A stretch of 64,000 nt of DNA from Lachnospiraceae bacterium UBA2860 (GTDB lineage: Bacteria > Bacillota > Clostridia > Lachnospirales > Lachnospiraceae). The stretch is taken from contig DEFE01000028.1 of NCBI GenBank assembly GCA_002350625.1, positions 18,561-82,560 on the forward strand, in the 5' to 3' direction. The position numbers and the translations under genes were made by a program. How positions within the stretch are numbered: the stretch's first letter is position 1; every line of letters starts with the position of its first letter. The notes under the pieces were generated by a model. The model was not told where the DNA came from and ran no database searches. It saw only the letters and a program-made list of their open reading frames with translations. Positions 35,914-44,857 of this stretch are shown one piece after another.

Positions 35914-36990
35914 TTATCTGCTTCTCCGGTCATTCTCAGACCGGCGGTAGAATTCCCGTTTATCGGCAAGCATGTTGCTTTCAGCTTCGCTGACAAGGGC
36001 ATACATATCCATTTCGCCCTGCGTCTTCTCGCGGACAGCCGTTCCGACAGATATGTGATACCCTTTTTTGGCCAGAACCTGCTTCAGCAGATCAATTTCA
36101 AAAGGCAGGTCCTCCGGCTTGCCGTCCACGCGGAAGGCCACGAACTCGTCACCGCCGACGCGGTACGTGTGCTCCTCGCCGAAGTCTTTCCGGATTTCGG
36201 CGGCAACTGCGCACAGCATCCTGTCTCCCGCCGGATGGCCTTCCCTGTTGTTCATTTCATGCAGGCCGTTGACGTCGGCATAGACGCAGATCAGGTTTGA
36301 AGCGCACAGACCCGGGTATCCCTTCAGCCGGGTCTCGTAATGGTTCCGGTTTTTTGTCCCGGTCAGGAGATCGGTCTGGCCCATGTATTCAATCTGTCTC
36401 GACTGGGAGAGCGCATGGATCTTGATGCGCATGATGAACAGGGTTGTGACAACGGCCACAACGCCGAAGGTGACCATATTCCAGATATCGCTTTCCGCCA
36501 CATCCGGCGCCTTAAAACGGGCAACGATCGCGACGAATACGGCGACGGCTGCTCCGATGAGAGCCGTCAGTCTGATCGGGCGGTCATAGAACAGCAGCGG
36601 GGTCACCAGTAAAAAGGCGATGGCCGACACGGCTGCCTTCTCTGCGTGGAGGAGCGAAATGCGAATGCCGAATGTATACAGCAGAACCTCGAACAGAAAG
36701 ACGAGCACCATGACAAGCGCCGGATACTTCGGCACGACAAAACAGGTGCAGAACAGAATCAGCAGCATCCCGGTAGCGCAGATCAGATAGGTCGTACTGT
36801 TCGTTGCGGCAAACCCGTTTGTAAGCATGCTCGCAATGTACAGCAGCAGAAACATCACGGCAGCAAGCTGGGAAAACAGCCTCAGCAGCTCCCGGTTTTC
36901 TTCATGCATCAAAGGGAGCAGCTGTTCATACTCCTCTTTTTCTACCCCTGCATAAAGAAACAGCTTTCCGATTTTTTGAATTCCTGACAT
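35914..36990 (-). CDS. Membrane-anchored diguanylate cyclase (6 TM plus GGDEF)
   Basis: RVGGDEF active-site motif and LTGTKNRNHY upstream block. No RxxD I-site 5 residues upstream. RBS GGAGATAG. Confidence 0.85.
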   Translation of the reverse strand: MSGIQKIGKLFLYAGVEKEEYEQLLPLMHEENRELLRLFSQLAAVMFLLLYIASMLTNGFAATNSTTYLICATGMLLILFCTCFVVPKYPALVMVLVFLFEVLLYTFGIRISLLHAEKAAVSAIAFLLVTPLLFYDRPIRLTALIGAAVAVFVAIVARFKAPDVAESDIWNMVTFGVVAVVTTLFIMRIKIHALSQSRQIEYMGQTDLLTGTKNRNHYETRLKGYPGLCASNLICVYADVNGLHEMNNREGHPAGDRMLCAVAAEIRKDFGEEHTYRVGGDEFVAFRVDGKPEDLPFEIDLLKQVLAKKGYHISVGTAVREKTQGEMDMYALVSEAESNMLADKREFYRRSENDRRSR

Positions 36991-37170
36991 CTATCTCCAT
37001 ACCCCTTGATCAATCACTGTCAATAACGATCCCGGCACAGCAGCGGCACGATGATGCTGCGATGCCGGGCTTGTTAATTCAATTATCCTTTGATTCATTT
37101 CGATCGTCAAGGGAGGTTCCGTATTGTCACTTCTGTCTGCGAAAATGTCTCTTTACTTTCACAATTGCCT

Positions 37171-38094
37171 TCACAGCCATTTCTTCTTCCTGAAGAGAAT
37201 CAGGCAGAAGATGATGATGGCGATGCTCACCACAAACACGGCCGGATAGCCGTAGCGCCAGTCCAGCTCCGGCATATAGCGGAAATTCATGCCGTACCAG
37301 CCGACGATCAGCGTAAGCGGCATGAATATGGTGGTGACGACAGTGAGCAGCGTCATGATCCTGTTCTGCCGCACCTCCAGCTGCGCGTGATAGAGATCCC
37401 GCACCTGCGTCGAGTGATCGCGGAGAGACGCCGCGGAATCGCGCCGCCGCACCAGAAGATTCATGAACAGGTGGATGTAGCGCAGGTTCTCCTCACTGAA
37501 GAAGCCGTTTTCATTCTCCTCGAGCTCCTGCGTCATATCGATGAGCTGCTCATAGTGCACGAGGAGGATACGGATATCGTTGTGAATCTCAATGACCCGT
37601 CCGAGGTCCTCCTGTCCCTCTGTGCCCAGGACGGCGTCCTCAATCCGGTTCAGTTCTTCCTCATAGCTCTCCATAAGTGACAGGTCCCTGTCCACGATCT
37701 GTTCCAGGAAATCGTGCAGAAAGCGCTCCAGAGACGGCGTCCGCCATCTCTTCGTGCGGCGGATGGTATCGATCATCTGCTCCGCCCTGCCGCTGTCGTC
37801 TATGAACACGATGCCCTTCTCGTCCAGCGCATATGCGAAGCAGAACTCTCTCTCCCCGATGTTCGCCCGGTCCGGAATCTGGAAGGTCCCGGTGAGCGAG
37901 TCGTAGTTGACCTCCGCCTTTGTATTGTAGATGTCCCCTGTATCCGGCTCCCACTCGATCCCCATATCGAAGCGTTCCCGGTCCGCCGCCCATTCCGCCG
38001 TCGTGAGAACGGCCGCGTACTTATAGCCCGTCTCGTGAAACAATTCTTCCTTCGTGCAGGGCTTTGCGGTGTCCGTAAGAAGATAATAGCTCAT
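37171..38094 (-). CDS. corA: CorA-family magnesium/cobalt transporter
   Basis: YGMNF (GMN) motif before the last TM segment, two C-terminal TM segments. RBS AAAGGAGAAAGG. Confidence 0.9.
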   Translation of the reverse strand: MSYYLLTDTAKPCTKEELFHETGYKYAAVLTTAEWAADRERFDMGIEWEPDTGDIYNTKAEVNYDSLTGTFQIPDRANIGEREFCFAYALDEKGIVFIDDSGRAEQMIDTIRRTKRWRTPSLERFLHDFLEQIVDRDLSLMESYEEELNRIEDAVLGTEGQEDLGRVIEIHNDIRILLVHYEQLIDMTQELEENENGFFSEENLRYIHLFMNLLVRRRDSAASLRDHSTQVRDLYHAQLEVRQNRIMTLLTVVTTIFMPLTLIVGWYGMNFRYMPELDWRYGYPAVFVVSIAIIIFCLILFRKKKWL

Positions 38095-38292
38095 GGCACC
38101 TTTCTCCTTTTCCGCCTGTGCGTGCTGCTTGGAAAATCACAGAACAAATTGTACCACAGATCCGCGATGAAATCCCCCTGATCAGAATACGCGGCAGAAA
38201 TATCCTGAGATCAAATGAAAGAAGCCGTCCGCTGTGCTATAATGATGACAAATTGTGCGCCGCACAGGAAGAAATAGTATGGAGGTTGAAAC

Positions 38293-39471
38293 ATGAAAAA
38301 AATCATTCTGCTCATGGCGATGCTGCTGGCCTTTGCCATTCCCGTATCTGCATCCGTGACAACGGACGCAAAAAAGGCTTATAAGAAATATATGGGAGAA
38401 AATGGCGTTGTTTTTTACGCATATATTTACTTTGACAATGACTCTGTCCCTGAGCTGCTGATCGACGAGATGGGGATTCCGTCTCTGTACACTTATAAAA
38501 ACCAGACGGTAACGCCCTACAAATATGCCACGGTTAACCGCTACTTTGAAGTGAGCGGCTACTATAAAAAGAAAGGCTGCCTGGTACAGCAGCGCCTGAC
38601 CGACACCGGTGCTTCGCGCTCGCTGATGACAACCTACTGGACGAGCAGCGGCACCGCCATTTACAACAAGCTGCAGAAAAATGAAGTTCTGACAAGCGCG
38701 GGAAAGGTGCAGTCCGCAAAGTACACTTATAACAAGAAAAAATCCCACTACGCCTTCATGGGCAAGACGAAGATCAAAAAGGCATCCTTTACAAAAAAGC
38801 TGAAGGCCATCACGAACGGAAGAAAGCTCACAAAAATCTCCTGGAAGAGATATAAGGCGCCGAAGCTTAACATCAACAGGGATTTTGCCGATCTGGATCC
38901 GGGAGAAACGGTGCAGCTGCGGGTCAGCGGAATCAGCGGAACGGTGAAATGGACCTCAGACGACAAGTATGTCGCAACAGTTTCATCGAAAGGACTTGTC
39001 ACCGGGAAGAACCCGGGCACGGCAGTGATTACCGCTGTCGTGGGCGGTTCGTCGGCCTATTGTGTGGTCACCGTAAGAGAGGACGAAATAAAGGAATATG
39101 TCCACGACGACGAGTGGAACACAGATTATATCGCGACGATCGGATCTTCTTTCGGCGGGGAAGTCAGTTCCATCACGGCGGGCGGCAATGTGCTGACCAT
39201 CTACGGCGGCGTCTGCCACCCCGACAGGGAGGGCGGAGACCGCGTCATGCGCAATTACTTTGGCGTCAACAAGTTCTATCTGACTTCCAAAACAGAATAC
39301 AGCTATGAAGATTATTACAGCCAGGGGACTGTGTCGAAGGATGTCTTTATGGCGTATTTCATCGATGACTTCCTGGAGAACAGAAATGACTGCACCTTCC
39401 TCTATATCTTTGTGGAGGACGGCGTGGTGACGAGCATCACCGTCAGCTGCTTCGAGCCGCAGGTCGCCTGA
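38293..39471 (+). CDS. Secreted protein with a Big_2 (bacterial Ig-like) domain
   Basis: Signal peptide MKKIILLMAMLLAFAIPVSA. Big_2-like segment LDPGETVQLRVSG...VKWTSDDKYVATVSSKGLVTGKNPGTAVITAVV. Confidence 0.7.
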   Translation: MKKIILLMAMLLAFAIPVSASVTTDAKKAYKKYMGENGVVFYAYIYFDNDSVPELLIDEMGIPSLYTYKNQTVTPYKYATVNRYFEVSGYYKKKGCLVQQRLTDTGASRSLMTTYWTSSGTAIYNKLQKNEVLTSAGKVQSAKYTYNKKKSHYAFMGKTKIKKASFTKKLKAITNGRKLTKISWKRYKAPKLNINRDFADLDPGETVQLRVSGISGTVKWTSDDKYVATVSSKGLVTGKNPGTAVITAVVGGSSAYCVVTVREDEIKEYVHDDEWNTDYIATIGSSFGGEVSSITAGGNVLTIYGGVCHPDREGGDRVMRNYFGVNKFYLTSKTEYSYEDYYSQGTVSKDVFMAYFIDDFLENRNDCTFLYIFVEDGVVTSITVSCFEPQVA

Positions 39472-39500
39472 AAACGGCCGGCATCCCGGCACACGGTCAT

Positions 39501-39537
39501 AAAAAGAGCTTCCTCCGACAAGGGGGAAGCTCTTTTT
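39501..39537. terminator. Bidirectional rho-independent terminator
   Basis: AAAAAGAGCTTCC-(11 nt)-GGAAGCTCTTTTT, between convergent genes. Confidence 0.8.
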
Positions 39538-39577
39538 GACAGGTTCGTTCGCTTACATCCGTTTCTGATCACGGTGA

Positions 39578-42484
39578 TTAGATATCGCAGCCGTGCTCCC
39601 GGAAAATCTTCTGAAGGGAAACATACAGCCTGTCTCTGACATAAGAATAATCGTCCTCACTGCACTCCGAGCTGACGGACAGCGTCATCTTTCCGCCGCC
39701 GTACGCCGTGATCCCGTTGTAAATGGGGCTGCCCAGGATCCGCCTGTCTGTCTCACCGATGGCAGGGAGCTCCGCCTCCAGGATCTGTCGCAGATCATCT
39801 GCGGCGATCTCAGAAGATACCTCTATCTCACAGATGACTTTGGAGTTCAGCTGCGTGCTGTTCTTAATCATCTTGACATCTCTGTTGCTGAAGGTGATCA
39901 CATCGCCTTCTTTGGTCAGAAGCTTAATGCAGCGGACGCCGATCTCCACTACCCTGCCCGATATGTCCGGGCTTCCATAAACCGCGACCTCTACATTGTC
40001 TCCCGCATGGACAGTTCCCTCGAATACCAAGGTCAGACCGGCAATAATGTCAGAAACAAAATTCTGCGCGCCCAGGGAAATGGCCAGGGCCAGGGATCCC
40101 ATGCCGGCTGCAATCGCCGCCGGGCTGAATCCGAGATATTCGAAGATCTTGATCAGGGAGACGAATAACGCCACATATAGAAAGACATTGGCGAGGAGGC
40201 GGAAGATCGTCTTTCCCTTTGAGGCTGAAAAATAAGCCAGGACAGTCATCAGGATGCGCAGACCGATCACAAGCAGTACGATTTTTGACATGAGGATCAG
40301 AATCGCGGCGATCGCGAAGAGATTGAATCCTCTCTCCCACTCATCGGCGATCACATAGCGGTAAACCGTATTCTTCGTGACAGCCGAGTTGATATTCATG
40401 ACGCAGATCAGCACCAGCATGATGACGCCCATGGCGATTTCCATGGCTGCCATGCCATTTTGCGGGGGCGTGGCCGCGGCAATCGTCCTCCGGATGGGAC
40501 CCATCTTATTCTTCGGATCTTCAGCCCCTTTCTCGTTCTTGTACGCATTGAAGAATGCATCCGTATAGCCGGAGAGTGTTCTCCAGGAAAGAAGGCTGTA
40601 AATGATAAGAAACAGGATACTGCCGACAGCCGCAAGGATAATCATCTCGAGGAAGAAAGTGGTTTTCGGGCCTCTATAATAGCTGATAACGCAGTCCGAT
40701 GCGCCTGTCCATGCAAGAATCTCCGGCGTCTCCATGGATTCGGAAGTGACGAAATAATCCCCCTCCTCTGTCTTCAGGGTCTTCACCAGGGAGCCCTTCA
40801 GTTCCGTATCGGCAGGCCCCAGCGCGCTGATCTGATTCCCTTCCAGCCCTTTGTCGCTGGAAACAAGGATCTGCCCGCTGACCGAATCCGCGATCAGGAA
40901 GGTCGTCTCAGGGTCGGTAAAACCGGCGAATATTTCTCTGACCGTCTTTTCCGGATCTATGTCGTAATTTGTCAGCGCGGGAATATCGACGCAAAGCATC
41001 ATCACGCCGTACGTATCGCCGCCGGGTGCACCGTCCTCAATCCGGATGCCCAGCCGCATCTCGTTCAGCCCTGTCACCTCGTCCGTCTCCAGGCCATGGA
41101 CGACGTTCGGCACGCCTCGCAGAATCCGCCTGAAATCGTAAGTCGTGGAGCTCGGATCCGCACTGAGTTCAAGCCCGGTCCACCGGCCGCTGCTCACCGT
41201 TTCGCGCCCGTCCGCGTCATACAGGGTAATAGCCGAGGCTGATATGCTGTCCGCCAGCGTCGCGAGAACCTCAGCGTCCCGCAGCTGGGGATAAGTATCA
41301 AGAAGCCCGGCGATCTGATTGCCGTACTCGAGATAGACATCCTGAAAGGATCTCATATTATCGCTGTATCGCTCCGTAAACATGTCAAGGCTGTCATTGA
41401 GCATGCCAAGGCGCGCCCGCCCTCTCACGACATCGTCATACATCCCGTTCAGCGCATAACTGAACATGCCGAGAACAGCGATGATGACCAATCCGAAGAA
41501 CCCGAAAAGAGACGCAGTCGACCTGGCGCGGGAGGGCGTATATTTTTTCTCCTCCTCCGGCGTCAGGATATTATTGCGCACATAGGGATAGAGAGAAAAG
41601 CCGGTGACAAGCAGCATGATCACAAGGATCATCAGGGCTGCAATCATATAGCCGCCCTGGACGAATACCTTCGCGTACAGGTTCGGCACAGGCTCGAGCA
41701 TAATGACATAGCCGGCCGGCGCTTCCGACGCCCCCGAAGCGTAGATAAACGAGGCGCCGTCATAGGTCAGTTTTCCGGAAGCTTTCGCATCATTCTTCGC
41801 CAGATCATCCGGTGTCAGTCCCAGATCCTGAAGGCTTTCACAATTCTCAAAATAACGGGTATTCCTGTAAAGAATCTCCGGGGCCTCTCCGCTTTCCGGG
41901 TCGCCGGATACAAACACGGCCGGCATGTCATAGGCGATCTCAATCCACTTCAGGATGCCGGCGACATTGACGGTTTGCCTTACGATATCTTCAATGACGG
42001 TATCTTCATACCATGTGACATAATAACTGGAGGTGCCGCTGATTTGGCTGTAGGCCACAAAGGTGTCCGGCTGATTCGGCGCCGCGAAGGATCCCCGGTT
42101 TCCCTTAAGCAAAGACGTACTGAGCCCGAGGGCTTGCGCCGCAGGATCTGAGATGGCCGGTTCGCCGTCCGGGACGCTGATCACAAGGCTGTTCTCGCGG
42201 AGCCCCTCCGGCTCACCCGCATCGTCTATGACACTTTGAAGCGCAAGCGATGCCACAACCGCCTCTACCTCATAGCGGCTGATAATTCTCTTTTCATAAT
42301 CCGACCACGCATCGGACAGCGTAGATACGGCGACATTGATTGCTTCCCGGGTCTGCGGCTTTTCTTTGTCAGCTTCAGAGGAAACCCTTCTTAAATTCAG
42401 CAAGGCGACAATCCAGCTGAATGCAATGACTAAGCCGACGGCAAGAAGAACCGTTGATATGACCCTCCAGCGAAATCCCTTCAA
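39578..42484 (-). CDS. Very large (968 aa) MscS-family mechanosensitive channel with two extended extracytoplasmic domains
   Basis: TTG start with AAGGAG RBS. The C-terminal pore/beta-domain region is ISLGAQNFVSDIIAGLTLVFEGTVHAGDNVEV...VVEIGVRCIKLLTKEGDVITFSNRDV. Upstream are ~11 TM segments and two ~250-aa loops. Confidence 0.85.
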   Translation of the reverse strand: MKGFRWRVISTVLLAVGLVIAFSWIVALLNLRRVSSEADKEKPQTREAINVAVSTLSDAWSDYEKRIISRYEVEAVVASLALQSVIDDAGEPEGLRENSLVISVPDGEPAISDPAAQALGLSTSLLKGNRGSFAAPNQPDTFVAYSQISGTSSYYVTWYEDTVIEDIVRQTVNVAGILKWIEIAYDMPAVFVSGDPESGEAPEILYRNTRYFENCESLQDLGLTPDDLAKNDAKASGKLTYDGASFIYASGASEAPAGYVIMLEPVPNLYAKVFVQGGYMIAALMILVIMLLVTGFSLYPYVRNNILTPEEEKKYTPSRARSTASLFGFFGLVIIAVLGMFSYALNGMYDDVVRGRARLGMLNDSLDMFTERYSDNMRSFQDVYLEYGNQIAGLLDTYPQLRDAEVLATLADSISASAITLYDADGRETVSSGRWTGLELSADPSSTTYDFRRILRGVPNVVHGLETDEVTGLNEMRLGIRIEDGAPGGDTYGVMMLCVDIPALTNYDIDPEKTVREIFAGFTDPETTFLIADSVSGQILVSSDKGLEGNQISALGPADTELKGSLVKTLKTEEGDYFVTSESMETPEILAWTGASDCVISYYRGPKTTFFLEMIILAAVGSILFLIIYSLLSWRTLSGYTDAFFNAYKNEKGAEDPKNKMGPIRRTIAAATPPQNGMAAMEIAMGVIMLVLICVMNINSAVTKNTVYRYVIADEWERGFNLFAIAAILILMSKIVLLVIGLRILMTVLAYFSASKGKTIFRLLANVFLYVALFVSLIKIFEYLGFSPAAIAAGMGSLALAISLGAQNFVSDIIAGLTLVFEGTVHAGDNVEVAVYGSPDISGRVVEIGVRCIKLLTKEGDVITFSNRDVKMIKNSTQLNSKVICEIEVSSEIAADDLRQILEAELPAIGETDRRILGSPIYNGITAYGGGKMTLSVSSECSEDDYSYVRDRLYVSLQKIFREHGCDI

Positions 42485-42555
42485 TTCCCAGCTCCTTTAC
42501 AGCGAACACATATTCTCATCGTGTCAAAAACTGCGGGCACCGGCGCTTTACACAG

Positions 42556-42644
42556 CGTTTCCCGCAGCATAAATCAGCGTTTCCCGCCGCATAAATCAGC
42601 ATTTCCCGCCGCTTTTATCAGCGTTTTCCCGCCGCTTTTATCAG
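42556..42644. repeat. Tandem repeat, 4 units of 22-23 bp, anchored in the last codons of the ABC1-kinase remnant
   Basis: Units are CGTTTCCCGCAGCATAAATCAG, CGTTTCCCGCCGCATAAATCAG, CATTTCCCGCCGCTTTTATCAG and CGTTTTCCCGCCGCTTTTATCAG. Unit 4 plus the end of unit 3 encodes ...LIKAAGKR-stop on the minus strand. Confidence 0.9.
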
Positions 42645-43562
42645 TTTTTTCACCGCATAGACCGCCAGGGCGATGGAAAGCGCGAAGCCGGCCACCGCAA
42701 ACAGCGGAACGCCGTCGACGAGAGGCGGCACCGAAGCGCTGTAGACCCTGCAGGATCCGCTGAAGATGACGCAGGCAAAGATGGCAAGGACGACATTTTT
42801 GATCACGTCGACCAGAACCTGCAGCGGCTCCTCATAGCCCGTCAGCTCAAAGCTGATCTTCGTCCTGCCCTTCACCAGGTTCCGGAGCGCATCCACGGCG
42901 AGCCCCGGCATCTTTACCGTTCGCGCCGCTGAGGCCGCTATGGATTCCATAGAGGAGGTCAGCTTCTCTTTGACATCGAAGTTGTCTTTTGCTCTCGAAA
43001 GCAGCTTTTCCTGAAGGAAACCGAACAGATCGAGCTCCGGGCACAGCTCCTCCAGCACGCCTTCCATCGTCACCAGGCTCCGGACCATCATCGTATACGC
43101 CGGGGAGACGACAATATGATGCTCGTTGAGGAGGTCCGTCAGCTCCAGCATCAGCTGCCCGACATCCATATCCTTAAGGCTCGTCGCCGACATATACCTG
43201 GTGCTGATGCCCTCCAGGTCGTCCATGAGGCGCGCCTTGTTGAGCTTCCCGCGCACGGTGCCCATTTGAAGCGCCGCATTGGTCAGGCCCTCCACATCCT
43301 CCTGCACGAGCGTAAAGATCAGGTTCTGAACCGCGGCGATATTGCCCTCACTGAGCTGCCCCACCATGCCGAAGTCGATCCAGTAGGGAACGCCGTCCAT
43401 AAGCATAATATTCCCCTGATGCGGGTCGCCGTGGAAGAATCCCGCGTCCAGCACCTGGTGCAGATAGTTGTTCGCGAGTGCTTTCCCGATCTCCAGACGG
43501 TCATAGCCGTCCTCCACAAGGCGCTCTTTATGCGACAGGGAGTATCCGTCGACATAGGTCAT
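42618..43562 (-). pseudogene. 5'-truncated ABC1/UbiB (AarF) atypical kinase gene. Only the C-terminal ~314 codons remain.
   Basis: The ORF begins inside the kinase core (MTYVDGYSL...FFHGDPHQGNIML...IDFGMVG). The N-terminal ~200+ aa, which normally carry the ATP-binding lysine, are absent. There is no RBS, and an abrupt switch to AT-rich DNA occurs at 43563. Confidence 0.6.
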
Positions 43563-43756
43563 ACCATATTAATGCGAGTAAATATTGTGAACAGTGTGTC
43601 TATGTTTTTTACACTTATCTCTGATCTGCATATTATCGCAATCTTCCTCCCATTGTTTTTCAAATTATTACAGATTTGTTACATTTGTATATTGTTTCTG
43701 TTACGCTTCTGTGGTATGGTATGTGCATCGAAATTCTGATCAATGAGGAAAAACTT

Positions 43757-44638
43757 ATGCGAATAAAGAAGTCTCTGTTTCTGACATTACTTATGCTGAC
43801 ACTTTCGCTCACGGCGTGTTTTTCTGCTTTCTCTGTTTACGCCGCAGAGACGAAAACCGTCAGCGTCACACTAAAAAAAGCGCCTAAGCTGAAAAAGAAA
43901 ACCGTCCGTCTCGGAAACAACGTCCGGTTTAAGATCAAGTACGGGAAAAAAATCGTCGCAAATGAAGCCATCTCTTTTACTTCTTCCCGCCCGGCCGTCG
44001 CTTCGGTTGAGAAGGACGGCACCGTTGTTCTCAGAAAAAAAGGCTATACGGTCATCACGGCTGTTTACAAAAAGCGCTATGCCAGAGTGCGCCTCAAGGT
44101 AAAAGCGTCAAATGCCGTCGCCTCGAGCAGTTCCAATCAGGATCTGTCCAAATATGAGCTTCCGGATGACGTGCTGGCCATCGAGGAGTGGCTGAATTCT
44201 TCTGACGTCACGTATTTTACGGATGAGTCGGAAGTGCCCTCTTCAAGCTCTTCCAGTTCTTCCAGTTCTTCAAGCGCTTCGGGCTCGCTTCGCAGCCGGC
44301 TTGTCGAGTACGCGAAAAGCTTTGTCGGTGTCCTGCCGTATGTCTGGGGCGGCAACTCCCTCTCCTCCGGCACGGACTGCTCCGGCTTCGTGCATCTGAT
44401 CTACGCGCACTTCGGCATGAGCGTTCCGAGAACGGCAAGCGATTTCCAGAGCATGTCGAACATCTCGAAGAGTGAGCTTCAGCCGGGCGACCTGGTCTGC
44501 TACAAATACGGCGGACATGTCGCACTGTATATCGGCAACGACAAGGTCGTGCACGCGAAAGGCGCCAACTACGGCACCTGCATCGACAGCATGTACTACG
44601 GCACGCCGACAGGCTATGTCAGGATCATCAAAAACTGA
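43757..44638 (+). CDS. Secreted NlpC/P60 cell-wall hydrolase with Big_2 domain and Ser-rich linker
   Basis: Signal peptide MRIKKSLFLTLLMLTLSLTAC.... Big_2-like segment, SSSSSSSSSSAS linker, and NlpC/P60 core VWGGNSLSSGTDCSGFVHLIY...GDLVCY..GHVALYIG. Confidence 0.85.
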   Translation: MRIKKSLFLTLLMLTLSLTACFSAFSVYAAETKTVSVTLKKAPKLKKKTVRLGNNVRFKIKYGKKIVANEAISFTSSRPAVASVEKDGTVVLRKKGYTVITAVYKKRYARVRLKVKASNAVASSSSNQDLSKYELPDDVLAIEEWLNSSDVTYFTDESEVPSSSSSSSSSSSSASGSLRSRLVEYAKSFVGVLPYVWGGNSLSSGTDCSGFVHLIYAHFGMSVPRTASDFQSMSNISKSELQPGDLVCYKYGGHVALYIGNDKVVHAKGANYGTCIDSMYYGTPTGYVRIIKN

Positions 44639-44653
44639 GCATTTTCATTCCCG

Positions 44654-44688
44654 CCCGGGCGCTTCACAGCGTCCGGGTTTTATCTTTT
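44654..44688 (+). terminator. Rho-independent terminator
   Basis: CCCGGGCGC-TTCACA-GCGTCCGGG followed by TTTTATCTTTT. Confidence 0.7.
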
Positions 44689-44857
44689 GCGGATTTATGA
44701 TAAAATTTAAGTAATTACTTAGAGAACGGCAAAACAGATAAACCGGCCAGATCAGGGAGGTGAGTTTACGGACATCTGATCTATATAGATTCTTTCAAAG
44801 AAATATCATGAAATTGAACGCTCCGCCGAAATCTTATCTTGCATAAAGGGGATAATC

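Noticed and set aside
38095-38292. Possible M-box (Mg) riboswitch upstream of corA
   Set aside because: An extended -10 (TGGTACAAT, minus strand ~38139-38147) leaves a leader of only ~40 nt. The 198-bp spacer is shared with a divergent promoter (TATAAT on the plus strand) and shows none of the long conserved helices of an M-box.
42556-42644. Tandem repeats (also 49852-49953 and 58161-58211) as CRISPR arrays
   Set aside because: The units are directly adjacent with no spacers, are only 17-23 bp long, and there are no cas genes in the window.
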